A program made the translations under genes and the position numbers. A stretch of DNA of 64,000 bases from Mobula hypostoma (lineage: Eukaryota), in assembly GCF_963921235.1 (NCBI RefSeq), contig NC_086097.1:91390001-91454000 (forward strand). Direction: 5' to 3'. Below, in pieces: positions 1 to 13,364 of the stretch (within the stretch, counting starts at the first letter, position 1; each line of letters opens with the position of its first letter). Under the pieces are notes generated by a model. That model searched no databases and had not been told where the DNA came from. It saw only the letters and a list, made by a program, of their open reading frames with translations.

Positions 1-304
1 TGAGTGATATTGGTACCTTGTTAGAGAATGAATTTGTTTGATGATACAAAGAATACATTGATTTGATAGTGCACATGATGAAGAAAGATGTGCTGATTGT
101 ATTGTCCTGAACATAGAGTATTTGTTTGAGTATTTTTTTGACATAGCAAAAGCTCTAGGCGGCCTTCTACTCATTGATTAGACGGTATGAATCCTGATAA
201 CATTGTGCTAACCAACAGGTTGGAGGCAGGGTTTTAATTTACAGAGTGTCTCAACTCCTGACTGAAACTCTGGCAGAGTCTCCAGACCAGGCCAAGGCTA
301 TTAG

Positions 305-730
305 AAAGCATTCTGTCTAGATGCACAATAGCTTGGTATGGCAACTGCTGTGCACGTGGCTGCAAGAAACTGCAGAAAGTTGTTGAAACAGCTTAGCACA
401 TCACAGGAACCAGACTCCCCTCTGTGGACTCAGCCTATACCTCTTACTGCCTCAGTAAAGGAGCCAGCTTAATCAAAGACACACCCATCCCAGACATTCT
501 GCTTCTCTCTCCCATCAGGCAGAAGATACAAAAGCCTGAAAGTATTTGCCCCCCGTCACAGGGACAGCTTCTATCCAACTGTTGTCAGATTCTTGAATGG
601 ACTTCTTGTAAGGTGAACTCTTGGCCTGACCATTTAGCTCATTATGAACTTGCACTTTATCATTTACAACTATATAAAATAAGCTTTTCACTGTATCTTG
701 GTACATGTGACAATAATAACTAATACCAAT
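305..730 (+). mobile_element. Rex1/Babar-type LINE 3' fragment
   Basis: Decayed ILSRC.IAWYGNC-like coding remnant followed by the 3'UTR (ttttcactgtatcttggtacatgtgacaataat) that recurs at about 6440, 29580 and 32695. Confidence 0.65.
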
Positions 731-1074
731 GCCATTTTTTGTCCTGCAAAATGCAGTGACTGAAGGTTAGTTATTTCAGACAAATTATATTTTGATGTCA
801 GTCCGGTCATTCATAGTAGGTCTGCAGACACAAATGGTGCAGAATTACTCAGTCAGCTCCATTCTGTCACCTTCAAAGAGTTAGTCAGAAATGGTCAGGC
901 TAAGTGGTAAATTAGTAAATTCTGTCTATTGATAACAGTACCAGAATCAGGGAGCATAATGAATCTAATTACATTAATTGTGAAAAGCACACATTGTTCT
1001 TTTAGAACAGAATGTTCCTCAATTCACTAATGTTCCATTTATGATTAGGAGTGTGTATGTCTGTGTCTGTGTCT

Positions 1075-1076
<2 letters not shown>

Positions 1077-1114
<38 letters not shown>
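1077..1114. repeat. (GT)n microsatellite
   Basis: Direct reading of the sequence. Confidence 0.95.
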
Positions 1115-1116
<2 letters not shown>

Positions 1117-1189
1117 GTGAAAGACCAAGCAGGAAGGCAGGGTGTGCAGGTGAGGGAAGAGATATACCATTGAAAGTATCCTGAAAAAA

Positions 1190-1680
1190 TGGCAATTTGA
1201 ATGCAGAGGAACACAAGTTGGAGAGAGTCGTGGACTCTGTCCAATACATCACTGGTACATCTCTCCCACCATCGGTCGTATCTCACTGAGGTGCTCCCTC
1301 AAGAAGGCAACAACTATCAGCAAAGATCCCCATGCCATCTTCTCACACCTACCATCAGGCAGGAGTAACAAAGGCCTGAAGTACCACACCACCAAGTTCA
1401 AGAACAACTATTTCCCTTCAACTATTTGCTTCCTGAACCAACAAGCACAACCCTGATCACTACCTCAGTACAGCAACAGTATGACCGTTTGACTACTTTG
1501 CACTAAAAAGGACTTTGCTTTTTTGTTCTAATTATGCTCTTTCATGTGAAAAATTAGCATAATTTATGTTTAATTTGTTTTTCTGGTGAATGTGATATAT
1601 CTGAAGCTATGCACTTGTGATGCTGCTGCAAGTATTTCATTGCACCTGTGCGTACATGCAGTTATGCAGACGACAAGTTG
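1190..1680 (+). mobile_element. Rex1-type LINE 3' fragment
   Basis: accaccaagttcaagaacaactatttccc (TTKFKNNYFP-like C-terminus) followed by a 3'UTR. Confidence 0.6.
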
Positions 1681-2429
1681 TTTGTTGCATTAACTGTGAC
1701 CAAGTTCAAGTTAAATTGTCATTCAACTACACATGAATACCCATGAATACAGCCAAACGAAACAGTGTTACTCCAGGGCCAAGGTGCCAACAGTCACGAA
1801 CAGCACAAGGCACGTACAGCACATATAAGATAACAGTAAAATATAGTTACACGGAAGATCCATCTTATCCATGCCCCTCATGATTTTATTAACCTCTACA
1901 AATTCAATTCATCAGTTCAGCCTTCTTCGCTCCAAGGAAAACAGTCTCAGTCTATCCATTCTCTCATAATTCACGTCCTCTTCAGTCCTTCCCATTCTTT
2001 TGTGACAAACAGAACGGGAAGAAGCTAGATCATGTCATTAAAGTGATAGCTAATTGCATCTTGTACACTGACTCTGAGTCATTACAAATATTATGACGCA
2101 ATTCCTTGGTTGCTATTTAATACAGTGCAAAAGATGAGTTTTGACTGCTATGTTAGGTATTGTATAAGAGTTCTGCGGGAGTATTTGGTGCATAATCAGT
2201 AATTTACAGCATCGTTTAGTCATGGCTGAAACCTCCTTCATTCAAGTCCAAGCAGCATTTCCATTCCATTGTTTATTTAATAGTTTATTTCCCTGCCGCT
2301 TCTCTTTTGAAGAACCCGAGTACATACAACTTTACAGGAAGAGGCCATTTTGGCCCATTGTTTCTGCACCAGCTCTTCCTTAAACCAGCTCAACACTAAT
2401 TAAGAAGAGCATAAGAAATAGAAGCAAGA

Positions 2430-3095
2430 GTAGTCATAGTCATAGTCATAATCATACTTTATTAATCCCGGGGGAAATTGGTTTTCATTACAGTTGCTCC
2501 ATAAATAATAACTAGTAATAGAACCATAAATAGTTAAATAGTAATATGTAAATTACGCCAGTAAATTATGAAATAAGTCCAGGACCAGCCTATTGGCTCA
2601 GGGTGTCTGACCCTCCAAGGGAGGAATTGTAAAGTTTGATGGCCACAGGCAGGAATGACTTCCTATGATGCTCAGTGTTGCATCTCGGTGGGATGAGTCT
2701 CTGGCTGAATGTACTCCTGTGCCCACCCAGTATGTTATGTAGTGGATGGGAGACGTTGACCAAGATGGCATGCAACTTAGACAGCATCCTCTTTTCAGAC
2801 ACCACCGTCAGAGAGTCCAGTTTCATCCCCACAACTTCACTGGCCTTACGAATGAGTTTGTTGATTCTATTGGTGTCTGCCACTCTCAGCTTGTGGCCCC
2901 AGCACACAACAGCAAACATGATAGCACTGGCCACCACAGACTTGTAGAACATCCTCAGCATCGTCCGGCAGATATTAAAGGACCTCAGTCTCCTCAGGAA
3001 ATAGAGATGGCTCTGGCCCTTCTTGTAGACAGCCTCAGTGCTCTTTGACCAGTCCAGTTTATTGTCAATTCATATCCCCAGGTATTTGTAATCCT
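2430..3095 (-). mobile_element. Rex1/Babar LINE, 5'-truncated
   Basis: ORF 2590-2961 (FYKSVVASAIMFAVVCWG...HPLH...SFLPVAIKLYN); on the minus strand AATAAA is followed by an (ATGACT)n tail. Confidence 0.85.
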
Positions 3096-3416
3096 GAGTA
3101 AGTAACTCAGCTCCTTCTGTCTGCTCCACTGTGCAATAAAGTCATGGCTAATAATTTACCTCAGTGTCACTTTTTTGCACTAAATCTGTGTCCCCTGATT
3201 CCTTTAATATTTTATAGCCCATTAGTCTCTGTTATAGAATCATACAGCGTGGAAAAAGACCCAGCTTGTCCAGAAACAAGATTCCCATCCAAGCTAGTCC
3301 CACTTGCTTCGGTTTTGCCCCTCGACATTTAAACCTAGATGTTTTGGACAAATAATTATCACAGATATGTTATCCTCTGGGTGAGGAAAAGTCTCCTAAT
3401 GTCCTCTCTGATGCCC

Positions 3417-5058
3417 TCCTTTGGCTCCTCCTACTTCCTCCAAACTAAAGGTCTAGCTATGGGCACCCGTATGGGTCCTAGCTATGCCTGCCTTTTTGTT
3501 GGCTTTGTGGAACAATCTATATTCCGTGCCTATTCTGGTATCTGTACCCCACTTTTCCTTTGCTACATCGACGACTGCATTGGCGCTGCTTCCTGCACGC
3601 ATGCTGAGCTCGTTGACTTTATTAACTTTGCCTCCAACTTTCACCCTGCCCTCAAGTTTACCTGGTCCATTTCCGACACCTCCCTCCTCTTTCTAGATCT
3701 TTCTGTCTCTGTCTCTGGAGACAGCTTATCCACTGATGTCTACTATAAGCCTACTGACTCTCACAGCTATCTGGACTATTCCTCTTCTCACCCTGTTTCT
3801 TGCAAAAAATGCCATCCCCTTCTCGCAATTCCTCCGTCTCCGCCGCATCTGCTCTCAGGATGAGGCTTTTCATTCCAGGACGAGGGAGATGTCCTCCTTT
3901 TTTAAAGAAAGGGGCTTCCCTTCCTCCACTATCAACTCTGCTCTCAAACGTATCTCCCCCATTTCATGCACATTTGCTCTCACTCCATCCTCCCGCCACC
4001 CCACTAGGAATAGGGTTCCCCTGGTCCTCACCTACCACTCCACCAGCCTCCAGGTCCAACATATTATTCTCTGTAACTTCCGCCACCTCCAACGGGATCC
4101 CACAACTAAGCACATCTTTCCCTCTCCCCCCCCCCGCTTTCCGCAGAGATCGCTCCCTACGCGACTCCCTTGTCCATTCGTCCCCCCCATCCCTCCCCAC
4201 TGATCTCCCTCCCGGCACTTATCCTTGTAAGCGGAGCAAGTGCTACACATGCCCTTACATTTCCTCCCTCACCACCATTCAGGGCCCCAGACAGTCCTTC
4301 CAGGTGAGGCGATACTTCACCTGTGAGTCGGCTGGGGTGATATACTGCGTCCGGTGCTCTCGATGTGGCCTTCTATATATTGGCGAGACCCGACGCAGAC
4401 TGGGAGACCGCTTTGCTGAACACCTACGCTCTGTCCGCCAGAGAAAGCAGGACCTCCCAGTGGCAACACATTTTAATTCCACATCCCATTCCCATTCTGA
4501 CATGTCTATCCACAGCCTCCTCTACTGTAAAGATGAAGCCACACTCAGGTTGGAGGAACAACACCTTATATTCCGTTTGGGTAGCCTCCAACCTGATGGC
4601 ATGAACATTGACTTCTCTAACTTCTGCTAATACCCCACCTCCCCCTCATACCCCATCCGTTATTTATCTTTATACACACATTCTTTCTCTCACTCTCCTT
4701 TTTCTCCCTCTGTCCCTCTGACTATACCCCTTGCCCATCCTCTGGGTTCCCCCCCACCTTATCTTTCTCCCTGGGCTTCCTGTCCCATGATCCTCTCATA
4801 TGCCTTTTGCCAATCACCTGTCCAGCTCTTGGTTCCATCCCTCCCCCTCTTGTCTTCTCCTATCATTTTGGATCTCCCCCTCCCCCTCCCACTTTCAAAT
4901 CTCTTACTAACTCTTCCTTCAGTTAGTCCTGACGAAGGGTCTCAGCCTGAAACGTCGACTGTACCTCTTCCTAGAGATGCTGCCTGGCCTGCTGCGTTCA
5001 CTGGCAACTTTGATGTGTGTTGCTTGAATTTCCAGCATCTGCAGAATTCCTGTTGTTT
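3417..5058 (+). mobile_element. Penelope-like element (Neptune-type), 5'-truncated: RT + GIY-YIG endonuclease + pseudo-LTR
   Basis: QTKGLAMGTRMGPSYA and YIDD RT motifs; Cys linker CKRSKCYTC; VIYCVRCSRCGLLYIGETRRRLGDRFAEH; two frameshifts at homopolymers (about 3805 and 4130); hammerhead-bearing 3' repeat. Confidence 0.95.
4925..4960 (+). ncRNA. Minimal type-I hammerhead ribozyme in the PLE pseudo-LTR
   Basis: AGTC-CTGACGA-AGG(gtctcag)CCT-GAA-ACGT-C-GACT: stem I AGTC/GACT, CUGANGA and GAAA core, palindromic ACGU stem III, GUC site. Confidence 0.85.
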
Positions 5059-5324
5059 GCCCTCTGTGATTGATTGGTCCTTTATTTTTAGGCTGATACC
5101 CCATAGATACTATTCCTGGTCCACTGCAGAACCTGAGTTATTCCCAAATCATTTCATCATTGAGTACCTATGGCATTATTAACTACTCCATTTAACAAGT
5201 TTATGTTGTGGAGTTGCACTTTTATAATCCCAGCTAGATGCAGCCAAAACAATTCACTTCATACTGAACTGGATCCCAGTACCAGGCTCCACAGACGGAG
5301 ATCTGCACAGACTTCCTTCTAACC

Positions 5325-5405
5325 CAAGGGTTCCCAACCCCTTTTTATGCCATGGACTCCTACCATTAACTGAGAGGTCCATGAACCCCAGGTTGGAAAC
5401 CTCTG
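5325..5405. mobile_element. 81-bp hAT (Charlie-like) MITE
   Basis: TIRs CAAGGGTTCCCAACC / GGTTGGAAACCTCTG; 8-bp TSD TTCTAACC / TTCTACCC (7/8 match). Confidence 0.8.
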
Positions 5406-6309
5406 TTCTACCCTCTTCTCACTACACACAAGTAATTCAAGGTCATAGGAGAGAAGCATTGGAATCCAGTGCACATGCGGGCTTCTTCATATGTTAACAC
5501 TTTAAGACAGAAATGTTGAACAACAGTTTATGGAATTCTTGAATGCAAACAAGCTAGAACAAGGTAGAGTCCCATGCACCAGCTCTCTAAAGAGTGAATT
5601 ACTTATCAGTTTTACTTCAAAGTACTCAGAGTTGGCTACAATAGGAAAACCGATGTACAACGGCTGATGGAAATGCATGTAGATATGTCTGAGGACTTAT
5701 CCATCCTGCCTGAACACTTGAGTGAGGCAGTTAAAAATATAAGTGAGTCTAGCTCCAACAGAATTTTGCCTGGATCAAGAAATTCACCCATTCAGAACTG
5801 AATTACCGACTAATTTTATGTCAACTCTCACACACCCAATCTCAGTGCAATATCTGATCATTGGGATCACAGACTACACCATAGAATAGACTCAAGCCTG
5901 CTGCTCAGTGGGTTAGAACCCGGATCATTGGTATGGAGAGGCATTATATGTGCCTCATGTCTTAGCATCTTGGGTGTATTTTGCCTTTTATGCTTGGAAT
6001 TATACTTTAGAAAGTTTCCTTTTGCAATATGTCGACTGTAAGAACTCAATTGGATTTTGTGATACATTTTACACCTCAATTTAATTCTAGTATGTATTAA
6101 AGAACATGCAATAATCAATTGAATTCCTTGGAAAAGCATTTGATTGTAAACAACCTAGCACAAATTATTTATTGTGAACAATTTAATTCCTTCATCAGCT
6201 TCTAAACTTCCAAACCTGGAGCCAGATCATGGTGATTCATTGCAAGTTGCTTCCTGCAGTTCAACTCTTTGTTTCTATTATAAGTGTTCTGTTCCTTTAA
6301 ATCTAAATT

Positions 6310-6502
6310 CAGTGTGTACCTGCACTGCAGTTGTTCAATAGTTTTTATACTTTATTCCACATTGTTATTGTTTTATCTTATTGTATGTCAACGCACTGTG
6401 TAATGATCTGATCTGTATAAACAGTATGAAAATCAGGCTTTTCACTCTATCTTGGTACATGTGATAATAATAAACTAATAATAATAATGATAATAATAAT
6501 AA
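6310..6502 (+). mobile_element. Rex1-type 3'UTR fragment with (AAT)n tail
   Basis: Same 3'UTR as 640-730, ending in an AAT microsatellite. Confidence 0.6.
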
Positions 6503-7615
6503 ATCAGCTCTGAATCTATGCTTATCTATAAGCTAGAAAGCTAGCTCATTTAGTTCATCTTGGAACCAGTAATCCACTGTGGCAATCTTTCAAGCAGCTC
6601 TAAATAGAGTCCAATTGTCTGCCAGACCTCTCCCCCTGCTATAACTCAATAATTCTGCAGCATGTCAGGAGAAGGAGCCAGAAATCCTTTTCAGGTTGTT
6701 TGATATGACATTCCTTTTTACTGAGGTGTCAATTCCAGGTCAGTATCTTAAGTTGAAAACCAGATTCGGATCCTAACTTGAAGTGACCCAATTTCGAAAA
6801 AAAAAAACATAGGGAAAGACAAGGAAATAGATTGCCACAATCATTCAGTAATCATTTCAGGAGTAAATTATTGGATAAGGTTATGGGAGCAGAGGCCACA
6901 CATTAGTTGTAATTGATTGTGAGGGTACTGGATAAGGGTCAGTGACACATTGATTTTAACTGCACTTTAGCAGTAAATTACACCAGTCTCCTCTGGATGC
7001 TCACATGATCTACACTAAACTCCGATTTATTCTGGGGTAAATGAGGTTTAAAAGTATTGGTTTTTGACAAAGTTAGGTCAATAGTTCCAAGGAGCTCCTG
7101 TTCATCTGTCATCACTTTCTGGTGTATTTACACATTATTTATATTTTGCTAGTTGTGTTAACATCAATGTCCTTCAGGTTGACTAATTAATGTACCTTCA
7201 TGGGAATGAAACTCCCATAAAAAACATTAAATTATGAGAATAAGTCATGCAATCCAGGCAAGTGTTTTACTGAGCACAAAGGTTAAGGGGCAATGTAATT
7301 GAGTTGTTCAAGATGAGTTTAATAGGTTGGATAGTGGGAGGATATTTCCAGCGGTGTGTGAGTGTGATGTAAGTAACGAGATCAGAGACAGGCAGTTCAA
7401 CCAGTACTTACTGAAATAAAGTCTGTTGAAAATCCAGAGCGCTCTTTCCCAAAAAGCTGCCAAAGCTTGGCTAATTGAAATATTCACGTCAGGGAAGAGC
7501 ATTAAGGGCTACGAAATCAAGCTGGGTAAATTAAGTGGTGGTACAGATTCCCTGTGATCTCAGAGGATGGTGAAATGGGCATAGTCCTATGCAAATGGCT
7601 TCTGTTCCCCAGATT

Positions 7616-8388
7616 TGTCACAAATGCAGGACACAAACACGTTTTGTAGGGTTAACTAAATTGAGTTTATTACTCGTTACAAGGAGAGCAAAGCAGAAGC
7701 GCAAATAGTGTAATGGACAAGGGCTCAGGCCCTGGACTAGGCTGGGACTCAGGGTCTGGGCTAGGACTCGGAACATGGACCTCGGAGGCAGGATTTGATA
7801 CTTGAAACCCCGGAGCTTGGACTTGATATTTGGAACCCCAGAGCCAGGACTTATTACTTGAACCTCGGAGCCCGGACTTGGAACTCAAACACAGGACATA
7901 GAACTGAGCCGGGGCTCCTCCTTTGACACAGGATGGAGTCTGGACTCTTCTTGACACAGGGTCAGGGTCCTTCCAGGGTACAGGGCTGGGACCCCTTTTA
8001 GACGCAGGACATAGATACGGAGACCAAACGATAGGCAGTGCTATAACTGGGCACAAGTACGCTCCAAGCCGCAGCGAGCTCTTGACTCACCCCAGCAGGT
8101 TAACTTTGACTGACCCGCTCTGGCAAGGGAAAGCGGCTTGCTGGCACTAGCTTTGGGGAGGAGACTTAGCTTGCTCTGGCAAGAGACTTAGTTAGCTCTG
8201 GGAAGATGACTTTGGTTCGCACTAGCTTTGTTGACTTTGTTAACGCTCTCACGCCGAACGGCTGAAGCAGGAGACTTATAAACTGCTGGTTCAGTTGAGA
8301 GTAAATTGTCTTTAATCACCAAGCCCGAGGGACACGGGAAAACAGGGAATTAAAGGGAAACAGGGAGTCAACAGTCTGGATCGTAACA
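7616..8388 (-). mobile_element. Probable solo LTR (gypsy-like)
   Basis: TGTCAC...GTAACA ends; minus-strand TATA-like motif near 8276 and AATAAA near 7666; internal short repeats; no matching TSD found. Confidence 0.6.
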
Positions 8389-8954
8389 CTGAGTAAGTTC
8401 AGCTGATAGTGATTAGAGCTTAGTAGAATGAGAGAAGATCTTACTTAAATCTGAGGAGCTCTTCAGAGTAGCTGCTTTGTTGAGGTATTCCCTCATGAAG
8501 GACTCCAGAAGTGAAGGCACAGTTTCAGAATGGAGGGTCACTCTTTTGAGATAGCCATAAGGATGTTCTTGAAAAAGGTGGTGAATATGGAATTCTCTCC
8601 AGAGAGGTCAAGAGTAAGAGGGTTTAGGCAAGAAAGCAGAGGCCGGTAACAGATCAACCAAGGCCTATTAAAAGGCAGAACAGATTTGAGGGACTGAGTG
8701 GCCTACTCCCACTCCTACTTCTTGTGATCTTGTATTCTTATGATGGAGAAGAATTCAGCCACAATAGAATGGATAGATGAAAGCAAACTAGACACATCAA
8801 TGTTTGGTAAAATGTCCTCTTCACTTTACGATCTCTTATAAGTAAGGGAAGAACACGCCGTCCTCACTTCATGCATTGAACTTGTAACTCCTTCATCACC
8901 ATACAAGCTGTTCCCATTCGCCTTCTCCTAATCTATAGTTTCCTAATAAAATCC

Positions 8955-9935
8955 AGGCGGCTGGTAGAGCTGATACCTCAGAGCTCCCAGAGACTCAGGT
9001 TTGATCTCGATATCTGCTGTCAGTGTGGAGTTTGCACGCTTTCCCTGTGACCATGTGGGTTTCCTCCAGTTGTTCAGGTTTCAGTAGTTCCATTTAATAT
9101 CAGAGAAATGTATACAATATACGTCCTGAAATTCTTGTTCACAAGCAGCAGCAAGGCAACAACACCCTCTCTCCCCAACTTACTTCAGCAAAGAGCATCA
9201 GCACCCTTCACCCACCAAGCAAGCAATAGCAAAGCCCCCAAGAAAGACCATGATCTGAGAACAACAAAAACTAATTGTTCACACACCCAACAAATCTGAC
9301 ATACCATAGGCTCTCTTTCTCTCCCTATAAAGGAGCAGAGGAGTCACTCTGTGAGAGGGGAAACACAAACAAAGCAACTCGCTGACTTGCAATGATAAAG
9401 TCTGCCACGTCGCCTTTTTTTCCCCAAGTTCTCTGACCCAAGAATGTTCCCAATGTTCTATTTTCTCCTGCAACACTTGAGTTGGCAGCACCGGCTTGTC
9501 CACAGGGCCATAGAGCTTTGGAGCCTGGAAGGCACGCTCGTCTTCTAGGCCACATCCTTGGAGCCAGTCGTGAGCTGATGGAAGCGGGACCCACCACCGT
9601 AAAGAACAGAAGTCTGAGTGTAACTCCAGGTCAGGGTCTCTGACAGAAACTCATCCATCCTGAAAAAGAAAAAGAGAGACTTCAAGGGGAGAAATTAAGC
9701 TGTTTCCGCAGATGAGCTCAAAGGGTTCGCTATTAAGTGCCATTGTAGCTCCGCCCCGTTCTCTTCCACATCACAAAGATGCATGGGCTGGTAGACAAAT
9801 TGGCCACTGCAGAACTGCCGCTGGTGAATAGATGAGTCGTATAACCAAGGGGGGAGTTGATGGAAATGTCAGAAGAGTAAAATGAGATTAATATAATCGG
9901 GTGCTTGCTGATCAGCATGGACCTCCTCTGCTGCT
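8955..9935 (+). mobile_element. V-domain (HE1-like) SINE split by an insertion
   Basis: gtgtggagtttgcacg...gtgggtttctcc V-domain stops at about 9083 and resumes (ccacatcacaaagatgc) at about 9758. Confidence 0.75.
9084..9756 (-). mobile_element. Non-autonomous LINE-derived insertion, family unresolved
   Basis: Interrupts the SINE; minus strand starts ggggcggagctacaatggc and ends ...ctctgatattaaatggaactact; no coding capacity seen. Confidence 0.45.
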
Positions 9936-9974
9936 GGATGGTAAAACTACCGCCAAGGCAAATCCACTCGGCAG

Positions 9975-10640
9975 CTGAAGGCAGGGCAGTGAAACGTGTG
10001 CAAGAGCAGCCCAGATAAGAAACGCTCTGGAGCATTACGGAAGGACACGGTGGGGATTTCCGTGAGATGGCTCACGTTTTGCGGGACCCTCTCCCACGTG
10101 GTATCTCAAGACCTGGGTCCAACGGACACTTCCAGCCCATCAGGTGGTGGTGCAGCCGGAACCCCTCCACTTCCTCGAGCCCCCTCGACATACACCCTGA
10201 TAGGATGGGGACCAGTCCCCAAAACAGCTAGAACACCATCTCCACCTGCGCAGGAGCACCCTGTCTGGATGAGACTAGGCCCCACTCCCTCAACACCTCT
10301 CGGTTAAGACAAGGCAGTTCCCTCAAAGCGGCAGCAGCTGATGCTGTCCGCTAGAAGCCACGTGTCCTCCTGCAGGCAATGTTTCCGGCGGAGAAGGTGA
10401 TCACCAGCGCATGCCATCGCAGAGGGTGGTCGCTATACAGGTATCTCTACAGGTCCTGAGGCAGAGAGCCACCAGCTGGGTGTGCACATTCACCAATGAC
10501 TGACTGCCCTCCGCAATTGAAAGACTCAGGACCCAGGCAGAGACCCAATGTCTCCTGTTGCCCCACAAGAAGTTCACCAGCCTGTTCTGGGTCAGGAGAC
10601 TAAAGTAGTGGGCGGGATTAAAGTAATCAACCGGTCCCAT
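9975..10640 (-). mobile_element. Tx1-clade LINE ORF2 C-terminal fragment
   Basis: LVNFLWGNRRHWVSAWVLSLSIAEGSQSLV..TQL resembles the post-RT region of Tx1 ORF2. Confidence 0.7.
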
Positions 10641-10649
10641 ATCTTTACA

Positions 10650-12013
10650 ATGAAAGTTACTTATCAATGGGTTTTAAATGGACTGGTGACCCAAGTTGTC
10701 CAATTCCATTGATTCCATTGTGCCTAGTCTGTGGCAAACAGCTTACAAATGTAGCAATGGCTCCAGCAAAATTGAAAAGACACTTAACTACAAATCACAG
10801 CCATATGATACGTAAAAGTGCTGATTATTTTAAACGACTATTGGAATCTCAAAACAAATAGATTAGAACTTTTGAAAATAAAATCACAGTCAGTAAAAGG
10901 ATTCAGGATGCAAGTTATTTAGTAACGTTAAGACTAGTTCAATTGAGAATGTTTAAAAAACTGTAAAAAACCTGGACAAAGAGCAGACCAATCTCCTGTT
11001 ACATGTAGAGATCCAGTGGCTTTGCAAAGGAAGAGTTTTGAATGAGGTGTTTGAGCTGAAAGGGGGATTACAGGTGTACTTTCAAGAAAATAGTTGGCCA
11101 GATTTTGCTAAGTGCTTTGAAGCTGAAGAATGGCTGGAGTAACTAGCCTGCATAACATACATTTTCATCATATGAACCAGTTGAACAAGGCCCTGAAGAA
11201 ATTGTTTTGACTTCAAGTGACAAGATTCTTGTATTGAAAAGAAAACTGAATCTTTGGAAAAATCACACTGCAAAAGGAAATCTTGGAATGTTTCCACCGC
11301 TGCTTGGGCTTGAGAGTGAGGAAGGATATGAGAAAGTCTCGAGTCTTATTGAAAACCACCTGGAAGAAATACAGGAAAAAAATTGAACAGTATTTTTCCT
11401 CCCTTTCAACACAAGTGTATGACAGGGTGAGGGGTCCTTTCTCTGAATCTTCTGCTCAGCCTGAGAAATTGACTTTGAGAAAAGAGGAAGAACTTCTTGA
11501 ACTGCACTCTGAACCTGGACAAGTTCTGGATTTCTGTGAAGGAAGAATGTCCTGCCATTCATAGAAAGCAATGAACATTTTGCTGCAGTTTTCAATTTCT
11601 AACATGTGTGAGCAAGCTTTTTCTTGTTTAACAAGCATCATGAACAAGGATAGAGATTGTCTCATTTCATTTGAAGGTGAAATCCATCTGCTTATCTCAA
11701 GTTTGACCCAAAATTGAGTAATTTATTATTTTTGCCTTATGAGTTTTTAACATTTATGAAAGAGGAAGAAAGAAAGAGTAATTTCAAGAAAGGGAAGCTA
11801 AGCTTAACTACCTATTTTTTTCAAGAAAGATTGGCTAACAATTCATTCGCTACTCAAAAGAGCATTGACAATTATTTTTGGATCATTATATCAACAAACT
11901 GATCACGCTAATGTACTGTGAGCTCTAGATACAATAATTTATAGGCAGAGGTTCCCTGAGACCTGGAAATCATTTCAAGGGCTCCTCCAGGGCAAAAAGG
12001 TTGAGAAAGGCTG
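10650..12013 (+). mobile_element. hAT Charlie/Buster/SPIN-like DNA transposon, decayed and internally deleted
   Basis: PLCLVCGKQL...PAKLKRHLTTNH; WLCKGRVL; CEQAFS dimerisation-domain motif; right TIR ...GGTTGAGAAAGGCTG followed by CTCTAGTC; many stops and frameshifts. Confidence 0.85.
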
Positions 12014-13364
12014 CTCTAGTCTCTGTGAGGAAACGAAAGGAAATTCTGTGGAAACCTGAGCAAGGTGATTGTTATTTAGACAACACCTCTCAGGACCATA
12101 TGACATCACTACACATGAGGTATTCTTCAAATGTAGTTGCTCATGTATTATCAGATGCAAACTGAACAATTTGAGCTCAGCATGATTCCAGGAATGCCTA
12201 TGTGATCATGATTACCAAGCTGAGGTGGGCAAGCTCCTGGGTGAAGATGGGTTACTACTTGAGAGAGCATGTGGAAGAAATTGTGCAATGGTGGCTTTAA
12301 TTTTTATTAGAGTGTAAACAGTGAGTTTACTAGATCTGGTATCAGCTCCTGTCAATCCTCAGTATTGGTCTCAGGCACAGGGACCAGTTGGCAGGGGCAG
12401 AAACTTCACAGAGATATGACAAGACCAAGGGTTCATTGACAAGGGTGTGAATGTAATCACTCACCTTGTCAATAGTTCTCCTATTATCAGGTAGCCTCTA
12501 GTCCAACATGCTGGCATTCACTAGGCAGAGGAGCAGAGTAAGGGCCTTCAGAGTGAATTGTTAATTCAGATTCTCTCTCCACAGATATTGCCTGATCTGC
12601 TGAGTGTTTCCAACATTCTCTGTTTTAATGATGTGTCAAATGTGATTCAGGAACAATTGGGAATGGGCAATAAATACTGGCTTTGCCAGTTTTGGCCAAA
12701 AATGAAAGAAAAAAATTACTTTAGTAAGAAAATTTAGGAACTTCCATAATGACTGACTAGATCTTGAATTGCTAGGGACTATATTCCAACCCAGACATTA
12801 AAGACAATCTCCTCCTAAATTCACTACAATAGTAGCATTGTGGAGCAGACACGATGCGCTCAACAGCCTAATTCAACTCCTGTGTCTTTTGGTGTTTTAC
12901 TTTGACAGGAGAATTTTGGTTGGATTCCAGAATATGCATGATAGGAAGTGGGGAAGGGGATGGCAGCAGAGCCAATCAGAAGGTCGTCAGTGGTGGGGAT
13001 CTGTCAGGAGGCAGGGTGAGGACAGGGTCAGTCAGCAGTTGGGGAAAAGTGGGAAGTTAGTCAGAAGTAGAGAGGGTGGGCAGTCAAATGTGGATAGGGA
13101 GGAAGTCAGTCAGGAAATGGGGAGGGAGAGTATCTGTTCAGAAGGGATGAGGGAAGCTGAGGAAAAGTGAGGGTTAGTTGGGAGAAATGTCCCTGTGTTA
13201 CCACACCTCAGAGATTACTGTCTAGAATATTCCATGTCATTTTCACTGAATATTTGTGAACACTTTCAGGAATTGGAGAATAGGATGCAGATCTATCAAT
13301 GATATACACACCACTAATGTCCAAATTACCTCAGTTTCAGCCTATGGTCAAACATTGTACTAGT

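Noticed and set aside
4787..5182. Recurrent peptide SPDEGSQPETST...AAWPAAF as a conserved protein family
   Set aside because: It is a translation of the multi-copy pseudo-LTR/hammerhead; the conservation is at the RNA or repeat level
5530..5800. Protein-like stretch (..KVLRVGYNRKTDVQRLMEMH..) as a host exon
   Set aside because: No recognisable family, no convincing splice sites, and the frames are short
10667..11700. Domesticated ZBED8/SCAND3-like host gene
   Set aside because: Multiple stops and frameshifts, an internal deletion and a retained TIR indicate a dead transposon
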